Shown here piece after piece: positions 18,264-27,716 of a stretch of DNA of 64,000 nt. Positions within the stretch are counted from its first letter, which is position 1; each line of letters starts with the position of its first letter. The translations under genes and the position numbers were made by a program. The notes below the pieces were generated by a model. That model did not search any database, was not told where the DNA came from, and saw only the letters and a program-made list of their open reading frames with translations. Origin of the DNA: Phycisphaerales bacterium (GTDB lineage Bacteria; Planctomycetota; Phycisphaerae; Phycisphaerales; SM1A02); NCBI GenBank assembly GCA_022447205.1, contig JAKVBQ010000006.1, forward strand, positions 7,186 to 71,185, in the 5' to 3' direction.

Positions 18264-19865
18264 CTAGCACGGCCCCCAGCCGCCGAGCAGGATCGTGAGA
18301 TCAGGACCGCTCGTGTTGCCGTCCCCATCGAGGTCGGCACCCGGGAGGTTCCAGAATCCGAGCAGGATCGCGAGATCGGAGCCGTCGATGACGAGGTCGC
18401 CGTTGAGATCACCAATGCAATCGGATCCGCCACAGGAGCTATCCGGGTCGTCGCAGCTTGATCCATCACCCTGATAGGTGGCACCCATGAAGAAGCTGCA
18501 ATCGATGGCGCTCATGATGCTGCAATCGCCGTCGGCCATGCAGCACGCACCGGTCGGGGGGCCACCATCACCACCGGTGATCGTCAGCGTGGCCGGACCG
18601 TAGTCCGTGATCGCGAAACCACCAAGTGCGATCACGTAGAGACTTCCGGCCGATGCCGTGAACTCGATCGTCGTGGTGTAGACATCGCAGCCATCGGTGT
18701 CATCAAGACAGACGATCACGTTCTCCGGAGCGCAATCGCCGGCGTGGATGGAAAGACGGGTGTCCCAGGCAGCCTGATTGCACGTGGACACGACGTAGGT
18801 CCCGTCCTCCGGCGCCACGAAGTCATAGAACGCGGTGTTCATGGAAGCATCGGATCCGTACTGACCGGGATCGCAGAATCCGGCGAGATCGAACGTGTTG
18901 CCCCGTCTCAAGGTGGTGTCGACTGCATTGTCGCCGACCACCAGGGTATCGGGTTCACATCCACCGACACCGTCACCGCCGGTGATCGTGTCGAAGAAGT
19001 TCCAGACCTCCACGGTGGCACTGATGTCCATGTTGCCCGACTGACCCGGCCAGTCGTGCCCGCCACCGTTGACCAGGTAGTACTTCAGCACTCTCTGGTG
19101 CATTGGAGAGCTGTAGAAATCCAGTCGCACCGTGCTTCCATCGTCTGTATTCGCGTCCGGCAGGAAGGTTCGCTCCATGTCCAGAAGCTGAAGCTTGCTC
19201 TCCCAGAAGGCCATGGTCTCCGGGATCGATCGGTAGGCGCCCCATCCACCGGAGTTCCCCATGTCACCGTTGAAGAGCGTGATGTCGTCTGCGGTGCCGT
19301 TCATGGAGAGGATCGGTCTGAGGACGTCCGGATTGCAGTTGGTGAAGAGCGTGTCCAGCATCATGCCGATGATCGGGGCAAAGGCCACGAAGGTCTCCGA
19401 CTCCCTGCAGGCGAGCTGAAAGCACATCTCCGCACCATTCGAGAAACCGGTGACGAAGGTGCGCATGGGGTCGAGACCATGAAGTTCCTGGAGGTGAACC
19501 GCGAGACTCGACAGGAATCCATCGTCATCGATGTCCAGACCTTGATGGAAATCGTAGTCGACATCCCAGAAACGATTGTTCCACTGGTCCCTGGTTCCGT
19601 TGGGGAACGCGACCACGAATCCCCTCTCGTCGGCGAGCTCGGTCCAGCCGTAATTGTTCCTCATCTCGTTGTTGTTGCCGCTGTACCCGTGCAGTGCCAG
19701 AACCAGTGGCGCGTTCGCGTCCAGGCCCTGGGGAATGTGGATCCGATACTGGCGGGTGAGGCCGTCATGCTCGAAGTCGATGTTCTGTGCCTGAAGGACA
19801 CAGGCGGGCGCGATCGAGGCGAAGAGAATAAGGAGTGCATGTCTCATGAGCAAACTGTACATCAT
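18264..19865 (-). CDS. Secreted esterase (PHB depolymerase/LpqC-like alpha/beta hydrolase) with Cys-rich and dockerin-like C-terminal modules
   Basis: AGGAGG lies 9 nt upstream of the ATGATG at 19865. Signal peptide MRHALLILFASIAPACVLQA. It has LALHGYSGNNNEM...GFVVAFPNG and the nucleophile elbow GFSNGAEM. The C-terminus has ACCMADGDCS...C, then DLNGDLVIDGSDLAILLGFW...DLDGDGNTSGPDLTILLGGWGPC. Confidence 0.8.
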   Translation of the reverse strand: MMYSLLMRHALLILFASIAPACVLQAQNIDFEHDGLTRQYRIHIPQGLDANAPLVLALHGYSGNNNEMRNNYGWTELADERGFVVAFPNGTRDQWNNRFWDVDYDFHQGLDIDDDGFLSSLAVHLQELHGLDPMRTFVTGFSNGAEMCFQLACRESETFVAFAPIIGMMLDTLFTNCNPDVLRPILSMNGTADDITLFNGDMGNSGGWGAYRSIPETMAFWESKLQLLDMERTFLPDANTDDGSTVRLDFYSSPMHQRVLKYYLVNGGGHDWPGQSGNMDISATVEVWNFFDTITGGDGVGGCEPDTLVVGDNAVDTTLRRGNTFDLAGFCDPGQYGSDASMNTAFYDFVAPEDGTYVVSTCNQAAWDTRLSIHAGDCAPENVIVCLDDTDGCDVYTTTIEFTASAGSLYVIALGGFAITDYGPATLTITGGDGGPPTGACCMADGDCSIMSAIDCSFFMGATYQGDGSSCDDPDSSCGGSDCIGDLNGDLVIDGSDLAILLGFWNLPGADLDGDGNTSGPDLTILLGGWGPC

Positions 19866-20140
19866 GAACAAAGACCTCCTTCGTATTTGACTCAAGAATG
19901 ACTTTTTCGCCGAATCTCGTCGCCGAAAGGGCCTCTTTATTGCGGAGTGAGAAGACAGTCATCAGCCTTCGACCCCATCGAGGACGAACACATGCCGCGT
20001 GACCTGGAACCTGCCGACATTCCCAGGCCCTCGGACCGGGCTTGATGCACCGGAGACTTGAACAGGAGATGTCCGACCGAGCCGCGCCCATCCGGTCGGA
20101 AACCTGAAGAATCAGAACGATTCGCTGGGACGTTGCTCGC

Positions 20141-20380
20141 TCACTCCGACGGTATCGCCGGCTCCGGCTGATCGGTTGGAGCGGCAGTCGGTGACGAGGG
20201 CTCGGGCTCGGAACCGAGCTCGGCCTCGGCCGGGCCACTCGACCAGTCGACGGTGATCAGGATCCGAAGGACGAGATAGATCACGAGCATCGTGCCGAAC
20301 ATCTTCCAGAAGCTCGACTTCTTCCAATGCGGCTTCCGAGGTCGTTCCCTGGCGTACTCGTCGGGGGATGGCAGTTCCAT
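20141..20380 (-). CDS. Hypothetical small single-TM protein
   Basis: 79 aa from MELPSPDEY (ATG 20380). One TM helix (MFGTMLVIYLVLRILITV), a Pro/Glu-rich tail, and GC-rich third codon positions by eye. Confidence 0.5.
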   Translation of the reverse strand: MELPSPDEYARERPRKPHWKKSSFWKMFGTMLVIYLVLRILITVDWSSGPAEAELGSEPEPSSPTAAPTDQPEPAIPSE

Positions 20381-20553
20381 GGGGCGCTCCTTCGACAAGC
20401 ACCCTACACCAGTCCAGAGGTGATCACCAACGAAAGGAAATTGCTGCAAGAGGACGACACAAAAGATGGTGGTTGCCGGAACCCAGTGAAGAGACTTCCG
20501 GTGCCCGTTCCCCGCACCTGCGAGTCAAGATCGATTGTGATAGAACTCCGTAC

Positions 20554-21306
20554 ATGACTGGCATCATCAGAAAGGTCCGTGACTCCATCCGCAACTCGAA
20601 GCCGGGATACGCCCACCGCTTCCTGCGGTACCGGTACAGGACCGAACCTGAATCGATCCGCTTCATCCAATCCCTCGATCTCAAGGGAGGATCGGTGCTC
20701 GACGTCGGGGCCAACCGCGGGGTCTACTGCTACTTCCTCTCCCGGTGCGTCGGGCCCTCAGGAAACGTCACCGCCTTCGAACCGCAACCCGACTGTCGAC
20801 GAACCATCGATCGAGTACGTCGCATGTTCGGTCTTGAGAACCTCGATGTCCATGATTGCGGGCTTTCCGATCGCTGTACGACCGCCACCATCCACCGAGG
20901 CCGTCCTGAACATGGCAGTGCCTCGCTGCACTTCAACCCCGGGGAGCACAAGGTCGGCCTCGAAGTCGAGACTCGGCTGGTGACCCTGGACTCGATCGCG
21001 GACACGCTCCCGCGCCCCATCCGTTTCGTGAAGATCGACATCGAGAGCCACGAACCGGCGATGCTGAGAGGGGCCGTGGACACCCTCACCGCCGACAAAC
21101 CGGTGATCCTGGTGGAGATCGTTGAGGACCAGATGGAGGAAGTCAACGGGTTCCTATCCGACTGCGGATTCGTCGGTTCGTTCCACATCGGCAGGACTGA
21201 ACACCCGATCTCGGAACACGCCAGTCAACCGTTCGAGAAGGGTCGCAGACGGCGGAACTACATCTTCAGGCCGGCCGATGAAGTCCTGACGACGCCCACC
21301 AGTTGA
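20554..21306 (+). CDS. FkbM-family SAM-dependent methyltransferase
   Basis: 250 aa from MTGIIRK (ATG 20554). SAM motif I VLDVGANRGVYC, then AFEPQP...IDIESHEP, typical of the FkbM family. Confidence 0.8.
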   Translation: MTGIIRKVRDSIRNSKPGYAHRFLRYRYRTEPESIRFIQSLDLKGGSVLDVGANRGVYCYFLSRCVGPSGNVTAFEPQPDCRRTIDRVRRMFGLENLDVHDCGLSDRCTTATIHRGRPEHGSASLHFNPGEHKVGLEVETRLVTLDSIADTLPRPIRFVKIDIESHEPAMLRGAVDTLTADKPVILVEIVEDQMEEVNGFLSDCGFVGSFHIGRTEHPISEHASQPFEKGRRRRNYIFRPADEVLTTPTS

Positions 21307-21479
21307 TGAGGCCGGGCGTCCTTCCACCAGGCAATCGAGAATGAGGATCAGGCGACCAATCTCACTTACCGGTCGAGAGCGTCACCGGCCCCGGAAGATT
21401 GTGCTTGGTGAAGCATGAAGTGAAAGAGTAGAATGGAGGATTCTGGCATGCACCGCCAGCCCCCCACCCGCGATACCTG

Positions 21480-22778
21480 ATGCGTGAAAGATGTACGGCA
21501 GAAGATATGACCATCCAGCGAGTTGACCGCGTGCTATTTCCAGTGGTCCTGCTGATCGGCATCCTGTTCGGGTCGATGCAAGTGGCCGCCATGCCTGGTG
21601 TCCCTTCCCATGGTCGGTACCACCCCAGTGACATGGACGACCTGCAGATGCAGCTCCTCGGGGACACCGTGCTGCCGCAGCCCTATGCCGCGGCCTCCGA
21701 TCATCCCGCATGGCTCACGATCTGCGGCGTGTACCAGGTCGCATCGAACATGACCGGGCTCCGGGGCATGAGGCTCTGGAACATCATGACGCCGGTGATG
21801 GCGGGGCTGAATCTCTGCCTCTTCCTGGGACTGGCCCGCCAGCTTCGATTCACCCGGACCCAGGCGCTCGGCCTGACGGCGGTCTTCCTCTCGACCGGAG
21901 CGACCATCACCTGGAGCGTGGTCCTCGAGACCCATGTCCTCGCCCCCACCAGTCTTCTCCTCGCCGCGTTGATCCTCACCAACCGACGAATCACGTCTCG
22001 GCTCTGGAGCCGGCCGAGCCCGACCGACATCGCGACCTACGGCGTGGCGATCGCCATTGCCGCATCGATCACGATCACCAACATCATGCTCGCGTTCCTT
22101 GCAGTCCTGCCGACCAACGTCTTCCGGCACCCGGCGCCCGCTCGTCTTGTTCGCCGGACGATCCGACGAGTCCCCACGCTCGGAACGGCGTTCCTCGTCG
22201 GCATCGGACTCCTTGCCTTCGTCCACATCGCCGGCTGGTACCTGATCCAGGATCGTGACATGCGACAGTTCCTGGAGGTGCTGGTGAAGGGTACGGGAGA
22301 CGTGGCACGAATGATCGCGGGCGTGCCCGGTTCATGGTGGGACTCCATCCTGTCCGTGGCGTGGATCGCCCCTCCAATCGACGCCTACCATGGCTCGCCC
22401 GAAGATCGCGAATTGATCGCGCTGAAACGCAGCTGGTCGACCCTGCCCGCCTATCTGTCCAGCCTCGTCGTCCTGCTGCTGACGATCTGCTCGCTCCGAG
22501 TCGTCTCGGCACGCACGATGTTCATCCCGGGATTCGTGCTCTTCGGCATCGCCCTGCATTCGATCTACGGACTCGGCGAGTCGTTTCTCTTCTCGGCCAA
22601 CTACACGTGGGCGACCGTGATCGCGATCGGGCTCCTCGGACGCGCGGTGATCCCGGGTCGGCTCGAATGGATCGCCTTCTCGCTCGCCACGATCATGCTC
22701 ATGGTGAACCTCTTCATCTGGAAGCACGGCATCGACTGGATCATCGAGAACAACCACCTCGTGCCACCCGTGCAATGA
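21480..22778 (+). CDS. Polytopic integral membrane protein of unknown function (possibly a glycosyltransferase- or polymerase-like envelope protein)
   Basis: 432-aa ORF with about 10 or more hydrophobic segments. It follows the FkbM methyltransferase gene on the same strand. I recognise no signature motif, so the functional guess rests on context only. Alternative start at 21507. Confidence 0.6.
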   Translation: MRERCTAEDMTIQRVDRVLFPVVLLIGILFGSMQVAAMPGVPSHGRYHPSDMDDLQMQLLGDTVLPQPYAAASDHPAWLTICGVYQVASNMTGLRGMRLWNIMTPVMAGLNLCLFLGLARQLRFTRTQALGLTAVFLSTGATITWSVVLETHVLAPTSLLLAALILTNRRITSRLWSRPSPTDIATYGVAIAIAASITITNIMLAFLAVLPTNVFRHPAPARLVRRTIRRVPTLGTAFLVGIGLLAFVHIAGWYLIQDRDMRQFLEVLVKGTGDVARMIAGVPGSWWDSILSVAWIAPPIDAYHGSPEDRELIALKRSWSTLPAYLSSLVVLLLTICSLRVVSARTMFIPGFVLFGIALHSIYGLGESFLFSANYTWATVIAIGLLGRAVIPGRLEWIAFSLATIMLMVNLFIWKHGIDWIIENNHLVPPVQ

Positions 22779-22842
22779 GCCATGCCGCGACCGACTCCGG
22801 TGCGCGCGTCTCAGGCGCGGGGTGCCCTGTCATTCGAGCGAG

Positions 22843-24543
22843 CTAGCGCCAGTTCTTGAGCTTGCTGGTCTGGCCGATCCCGGGGTTGAAGGCGTTGGTC
22901 GGATCCAGCGAACGATAGAAGGTCCGCAGGGTCTCCTCGGCGACGTATTCGTGCCCCACGTTGTGCTCCGCGGGGTACTTCGCGCCCCGTGCCTCGAAGC
23001 TCGCGAGCAATCGCTGCCGGAGCGCCTCCGCGTCGACCCCCTTCTTCACGATGTAGTTCTGGTGGAGGACATGGCAGAAGAGGTGCCCGTAGTAGAGCTT
23101 GACCTCGATGAGTTCCGCCAACTCCGGAGGCAGGGTCTCGAACCAGTCGTGTTCGTTTCGGGGCAGGGCGATGTCCATCGACATCATCCCGCCGTATCGC
23201 TTGTGGTTGATCGCATGGCATCGGCCGAGGGTGGTGCCGGCGACGAAGCGGTGCAGCAGTGCCTTGCGCGCCTCGCGATCCGTGCACTCGAAGAACGAAC
23301 CCTCGACGTCCTGGAAGAGTCCCTCGAGGTACGACCTGGCCTCGTCGACCCCGTCATCCCCCATCTCGATCACCCAGTGGTGTTCGTAGCGATCGCGAAA
23401 GTCCTCCATCCGACGGGGCAGGTGGTTCGGCCAGCACTTCGAGAGGAACTGCATCAGCAGATCGGTGAAGGTGTCGGGCAGGAACGGCACCTTCCTCGCG
23501 ATCCGGTCCGTGAACCGCCTGAAGGCGAAGAGCTTCGGGATGAACTCGGATCCCAGCTTGTCGATCACCAGGAAGGTGTCCTTGCCGTAGCGCTTCGTGA
23601 GGTCGTAGCACTCGCGATGGATGTACTCACCGGAGACGGGCAGGCTCTTGAACGTCGAGAGGACATCACGCCGGATCCGACCGAAGACGTCGGGGTCGTT
23701 GCTCCCGACGTAGAAGACCTTGCGTTCACGAGGAACGGGGAACGTGTCCAGGCGGACCGCGAACACCGCGATCTTCCCGGCGCAACCGGAGGAGTCATGC
23801 AATCGTCGCCCATCGGCGTTGTAGCGCGCGGGCTCCGAGGAATCGATCTGACGGACCCGGTCGGTGTACTCGTCGTCGGATGCCCGCTTCTCCGGGAAGC
23901 CGACATCTGCGTCTCCATACCGACGCTCCTCGAGGGTCCGAAGGATCTCCTCGGGTGTGTCGCCGAGTTCGATCCCCAGCTCGTTGACCAGTTCCAGCCC
24001 CCCGTTCTCGTCGATGCGTGCGAAGAGCGAGAGTTCGGTGTAGGCGGGACCGCGCTGGACCAGGGCCCCGCCGGAGTTGTTGCAGATACCGCCCACGATC
24101 GAGGCCCCGATGCAGGAGGAACCGATCACGGAGTGGGGTTCCCGTCCGTGGGGCGCCAGCATCTTCTCGAGCCCGAAGAGCGTGCTCCCCGCCAGGCCGA
24201 TGATCTGCCGACCCTCGTCGATGACATGGATGTCCCCGATCCTCATGGTGTTGATGACCACCACCGGTCGGTCGTAGTCGTCGCCGTTGGGGGTCGACCC
24301 CCCGGTCAGGCCGGTGTTCGCGGCCTGCATCACGACGATGACGTCATGCTCGACGCACGCGACGAGGGTGCGCCAGATGTCGAGGAGACTTCCCGGCTTC
24401 ACCACCGCGAGCGCGGACCCCGAACCGAAGCGAAAGCCCGTGCAGTACGGATCCTTCCGGCTGTCGCGCGTGAGGAGATTGCCGGCACCGACGATCGTCC
24501 CGAGGCGTTCGAGCAACCGATCCTGGACCGATCCTGATGACAT
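22843..24543 (-). CDS. dld: FAD-dependent D-lactate dehydrogenase (quinone), Dld type
   Basis: 566 aa, colinear by eye with E. coli Dld: MQAANTGLTGGSTPNG, HSVIGSSCIGASIVGGICNNSGGALVQRGPAYTE, ARYNADGRRL..SSGCAGK.AVFAVRLDTF, YPAEHNVGH.Y, DPTN..NPGIG.TSK.KNW. Confidence 0.93.
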   Translation of the reverse strand: MSSGSVQDRLLERLGTIVGAGNLLTRDSRKDPYCTGFRFGSGSALAVVKPGSLLDIWRTLVACVEHDVIVVMQAANTGLTGGSTPNGDDYDRPVVVINTMRIGDIHVIDEGRQIIGLAGSTLFGLEKMLAPHGREPHSVIGSSCIGASIVGGICNNSGGALVQRGPAYTELSLFARIDENGGLELVNELGIELGDTPEEILRTLEERRYGDADVGFPEKRASDDEYTDRVRQIDSSEPARYNADGRRLHDSSGCAGKIAVFAVRLDTFPVPRERKVFYVGSNDPDVFGRIRRDVLSTFKSLPVSGEYIHRECYDLTKRYGKDTFLVIDKLGSEFIPKLFAFRRFTDRIARKVPFLPDTFTDLLMQFLSKCWPNHLPRRMEDFRDRYEHHWVIEMGDDGVDEARSYLEGLFQDVEGSFFECTDREARKALLHRFVAGTTLGRCHAINHKRYGGMMSMDIALPRNEHDWFETLPPELAELIEVKLYYGHLFCHVLHQNYIVKKGVDAEALRQRLLASFEARGAKYPAEHNVGHEYVAEETLRTFYRSLDPTNAFNPGIGQTSKLKNWR

Positions 24544-24664
24544 CGTGTTTCCCGGTGACAGGGCGAGGGCGTGGAGCCAGAGAAGGACGAGGAGGCACGA
24601 CAGATCATACTCCGCGAACCGGAGGAGTCGCCTCCGTGCACCTCGGAAGATCGATCGCCGTGGC

Positions 24665-26548
24665 TCAGGGGCACGTTCCCCAGAAGGCGAGCAGGATGCT
24701 CAGGTCCAGCCCGTCGACCGTGCCGCTCCCGTCGAGGTCCGCCGGTCCTTCGCTGGTACCCCAGTTGGCCAGCAGGAGACTGAGGTCCCCGCCATCGACG
24801 ACACCGTCACCACCGAAGTCCGCCGGACAGGCCGGACACTCGTCGTAGAACATGTTGCCGCCACCATCGACCCAGGCATCCGAGTTGATGTCATCCGGCG
24901 TGTTCTCGCAGAAGACGCTCGAGGTGATCGTGGGCTGGAACTCGATATCGCCGTAGATGGAGACACCGCCGCCGCTTCCACCCGTCGCGACGTTCGACTC
25001 GAAGCGGCAGTCCTCCAGCTGGGGACTGCTGTTCCAGCTGTCCAGCCCCCCGCCTTCACCACCATCACTCGTGGTGTTGTCTCGGAACGTGCAGTCGACG
25101 AACAGGGGAACACCCTCGAAGACACTGACACCCGCGCCGTACAGGGAGGTGTTGCCGGTGAACAGGCAGTCCTCGATGAGCGGCGTGCCGGTGGTGACCC
25201 GAAGCCCCCCACCGGCATAGCTCGAATCGTTCCCGGTGATGATGCACTCCCTGATCACGGGTGACGCATTATCCACGAGGATCCCGCCGCCATAGTTGCC
25301 CCCCGTACCACCGGTGAGGGTGAAGCCCTGGATGACGGTCGTCTCGACCTCGCCCGTACGCACCACCACCGCATGCGCGTCGCCTGCCGCGTCGATCGTG
25401 GTCAGCTCCGGGCCGGCCGAACTGCGGATCGTGCAGCCGACCCCGCTGGTGTCGAGCATGCCCGTCCAGGTCCCCGGGCCGACGACGATCTCGTGGATGC
25501 CCGGCTCGGCGATGAGGAGCGCGCCCTGGATGCTGCTGCAGAACTCGGGCACCCGGATCGCGACGGGAAGCTGATCACAGGCATCGATGATCCCGTCCTG
25601 GTCGTAGTCCACCTGGCAGTCGTCCGGCACGCCGTTCTCGTCGCAGTCGGGTGTCAGTCCGGAAGCGAGCTCGGAGACATCGTCGATGCCGTTGCCGTTG
25701 CAGTCACCACTGCATCGGAAGTCGGCGACCATCGGCACCGTCGCGAGGAAGGCGAGGTGGTTGTCGGCCTCCTCGTCCGGACCGGGCGCGACACCGGTGG
25801 GAACCCCACCGTAGGTCACCGCGGGATTCGAGAAGTGCGGGATGTTGTTGCCGCCCATCGCGGTGCCGATCTCGGTGCCGCCTTCCGGGACCAGCCGATG
25901 TCCGGAGGACCAGGAGTAGTAGCCGTAGCCGTCGGTCACGTAGTGCTGTGAACCGAGGTTGTGTCCGAGCTCGTGCCGGAACGCTGCCGGCCAGCAGTTG
26001 ACCGAACACTGCTGGAAGCCGTAGTCCGGATTGCTCGGTGCAACGTACGCAAGTCCGCACCCCACGACGGTGACCAGGACCACGATGTCAGCCGCGACCT
26101 CGTCACGGATCGCATGGACCTCGTCCATGTAGCCGTCGGAGGGGTTCTGAACATGACCGAGGTAGCCGTCCATCTCGACGTAGTCGGTGCCGTGGATCCC
26201 GACGGTGCGGACCCGGAACGGCAGTCGCGTGTTCTCGAACGTCAGATTCGCATCCGCGACCGCTTCCGCGCACCTGGCTTCGACGACTTCAAGGCTGCCC
26301 CAGCGGTCGAAGGCCGCAGGTGTGTAGACCCACAGGAGGTCGATCACCGCACGGTCGGCACAATCGGATCCCGTGAACGCATGCTCCGTCTCCTCCAAGG
26401 GCACCAGGACCTGGCACTGGTGGTGATCCCCCGAAGTGCAGCCGACGGGAACGTCGTCCCCGTCATGGGGCAGGCCCATCGACATGGCGCCTCCCGCGAG
26501 CAGTGCGAGCATGGTGAACAGGGTGATCGATGTGCATGATGCCGGCAT
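24665..26548 (-). CDS. Secreted metzincin-type zinc metalloprotease fused to a beta-helix domain and a twin dockerin-like C-terminal module
   Basis: The start is placed at MPASCTSITLFTMLALLAGGAMS (ATG 26548). Zinc motif HELGHNLGSQH (HExxHxxGxxH). Asp-rich calcium-binding-like repeats (DCNGNGIDD, DCDENGVPDDC, DYDQDGIIDACD). Beta-helix repeats follow. The C-terminus is DFGGDGVVDGGDLSLLLANWG...DLDGSGTVDGLDLSILLAFWGTCP. Confidence 0.8.
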   Translation of the reverse strand: MPASCTSITLFTMLALLAGGAMSMGLPHDGDDVPVGCTSGDHHQCQVLVPLEETEHAFTGSDCADRAVIDLLWVYTPAAFDRWGSLEVVEARCAEAVADANLTFENTRLPFRVRTVGIHGTDYVEMDGYLGHVQNPSDGYMDEVHAIRDEVAADIVVLVTVVGCGLAYVAPSNPDYGFQQCSVNCWPAAFRHELGHNLGSQHYVTDGYGYYSWSSGHRLVPEGGTEIGTAMGGNNIPHFSNPAVTYGGVPTGVAPGPDEEADNHLAFLATVPMVADFRCSGDCNGNGIDDVSELASGLTPDCDENGVPDDCQVDYDQDGIIDACDQLPVAIRVPEFCSSIQGALLIAEPGIHEIVVGPGTWTGMLDTSGVGCTIRSSAGPELTTIDAAGDAHAVVVRTGEVETTVIQGFTLTGGTGGNYGGGILVDNASPVIRECIITGNDSSYAGGGLRVTTGTPLIEDCLFTGNTSLYGAGVSVFEGVPLFVDCTFRDNTTSDGGEGGGLDSWNSSPQLEDCRFESNVATGGSGGGVSIYGDIEFQPTITSSVFCENTPDDINSDAWVDGGGNMFYDECPACPADFGGDGVVDGGDLSLLLANWGTSEGPADLDGSGTVDGLDLSILLAFWGTCP

Positions 26549-26915
26549 GGAAGTCCCTCGGTTTCGATTGAAGCTGCTGAAGACCCAACGGTACCAGCTC
26601 CCGGGGACGCCCCGAAGGGAATTCACGCGGTGCGAACGCGGTTCAAGCGCCGAATCATGCTCCCCAGGCTCCGAGAAGCATGTTCACGCCGGACCATGGA
26701 TGATCGGAGTCCGGACGTGGAGATCCACGTTGCCACCAGGGGGTGTGCACCGGCCACCAGCGACGGCATGGCTGATCGACCGGATAGCGGGGTTCCAGGG
26801 TCCGGGAAGAACGACTATTTCGGCCCTGGAGCTGCATTCCGCCGGATTGGGACCGTGGAAACCCGGAAAACGGATTTGGTCAGGGGTAGTTTGCCGGTCG
26901 ATTGGAGCACCGCCC

Positions 26916-27041
26916 ATGATCGAGTTCGCACAAGGTTTCATCGGCAACCCAAGTTCCGAGCTGTACCAGTTCGCCGCCTTCGCCATCGTTGTCGTCGCCA
27001 TCACGATCGGCTGGACCTGCTGGTACCGGCACGGCAGCTGA
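26916..27041 (+). CDS. Possible 41-aa single-TM micro-protein
   Basis: ATG is preceded by GGAG about 8 nt upstream. It encodes MIEFAQGFIGNPSSELYQFAAFAIVVVAITIGWTCWYRHGS, with mostly G/C third positions. It sits in an otherwise ORF-poor 630-bp spacer. The evidence is weak. Confidence 0.3.
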   Translation: MIEFAQGFIGNPSSELYQFAAFAIVVVAITIGWTCWYRHGS

Positions 27042-27182
27042 TCCGCGAGGAGCAGGTCGTTCCCCCGGATTCCATCCGGTGAACGCCGGCACTCACCCCA
27101 CCCTTCCAACTCGTCACGCTGACCAGGGCGGCATCCCATGATGCCGACCGTCGCACACGTAGAAGACACCGGGTTCACACCA

Positions 27183-27716
27183 TCAATCGGCTCGGGAGGC
27201 CCCACCCGAGAGCAGGAAGATCCGCCGGGCAAGGACGAGCCCGAGCCAGGTCGCAAGGCATCCGAGCACGATCGTGCCCGCCATGTTGACGACCAGGCCC
27301 AGGTGAGCACCGGACTCCAGAAGTCGAAGACTCATGAGGCTGAAGAGACTGAAGGTCGTCATGCCGCCGAGAATTCCGGTGATGAGGAAGCCGGACCAGA
27401 ACTGGGCGAAGAGATCCGACTTGAATTCACGGACCAGGGGCATGGTCGGATCCTCTTCCGGCCACCACCCGCGACGCCTGAGGGGCGCGGCGAGCGGCAG
27501 GGCAGCGAGTCGGCTGCCGACGTCTCGGTTGTACCGTGCCTCGATGAAGAAGAAGGCGACTCCGATGAGAAAGCAGCCGAGGATGTTGATGATCATGACC
27601 CCGACGTACTCGGACATGCCCATGACACCATGGAGGAGCAACCCGAGCAGGTGACGGAGCACGGCACCGATGGCGCCCCCCGAACCCACCGCAAGGATCA
27701 ACAGCACCCCCCTCAC
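27183..27716 (-). CDS. crcB: Fluoride channel CrcB/Fluc family protein, second paralog, with internal insertion
   Basis: The GTG start at 27716 overlaps the TGA stop of the upstream crcB (GTGA). It has GGAIGAVLRHLL, NILGCFLIG and GILGGMTTFSLFS motifs. An insertion of roughly 45 aa (RYNRDVGSRLAALPLAAPLRRRGWWPEEDP...) lies between the two halves. Confidence 0.8.
   Translation of the reverse strand: MRGVLLILAVGSGGAIGAVLRHLLGLLLHGVMGMSEYVGVMIINILGCFLIGVAFFFIEARYNRDVGSRLAALPLAAPLRRRGWWPEEDPTMPLVREFKSDLFAQFWSGFLITGILGGMTTFSLFSLMSLRLLESGAHLGLVVNMAGTIVLGCLATWLGLVLARRIFLLSGGASRAD

Noticed and set aside
22822-24537. 571-aa plus-strand ORF
   Set aside because: It is antisense to dld, which aligns along its full length to E. 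coli Dld.
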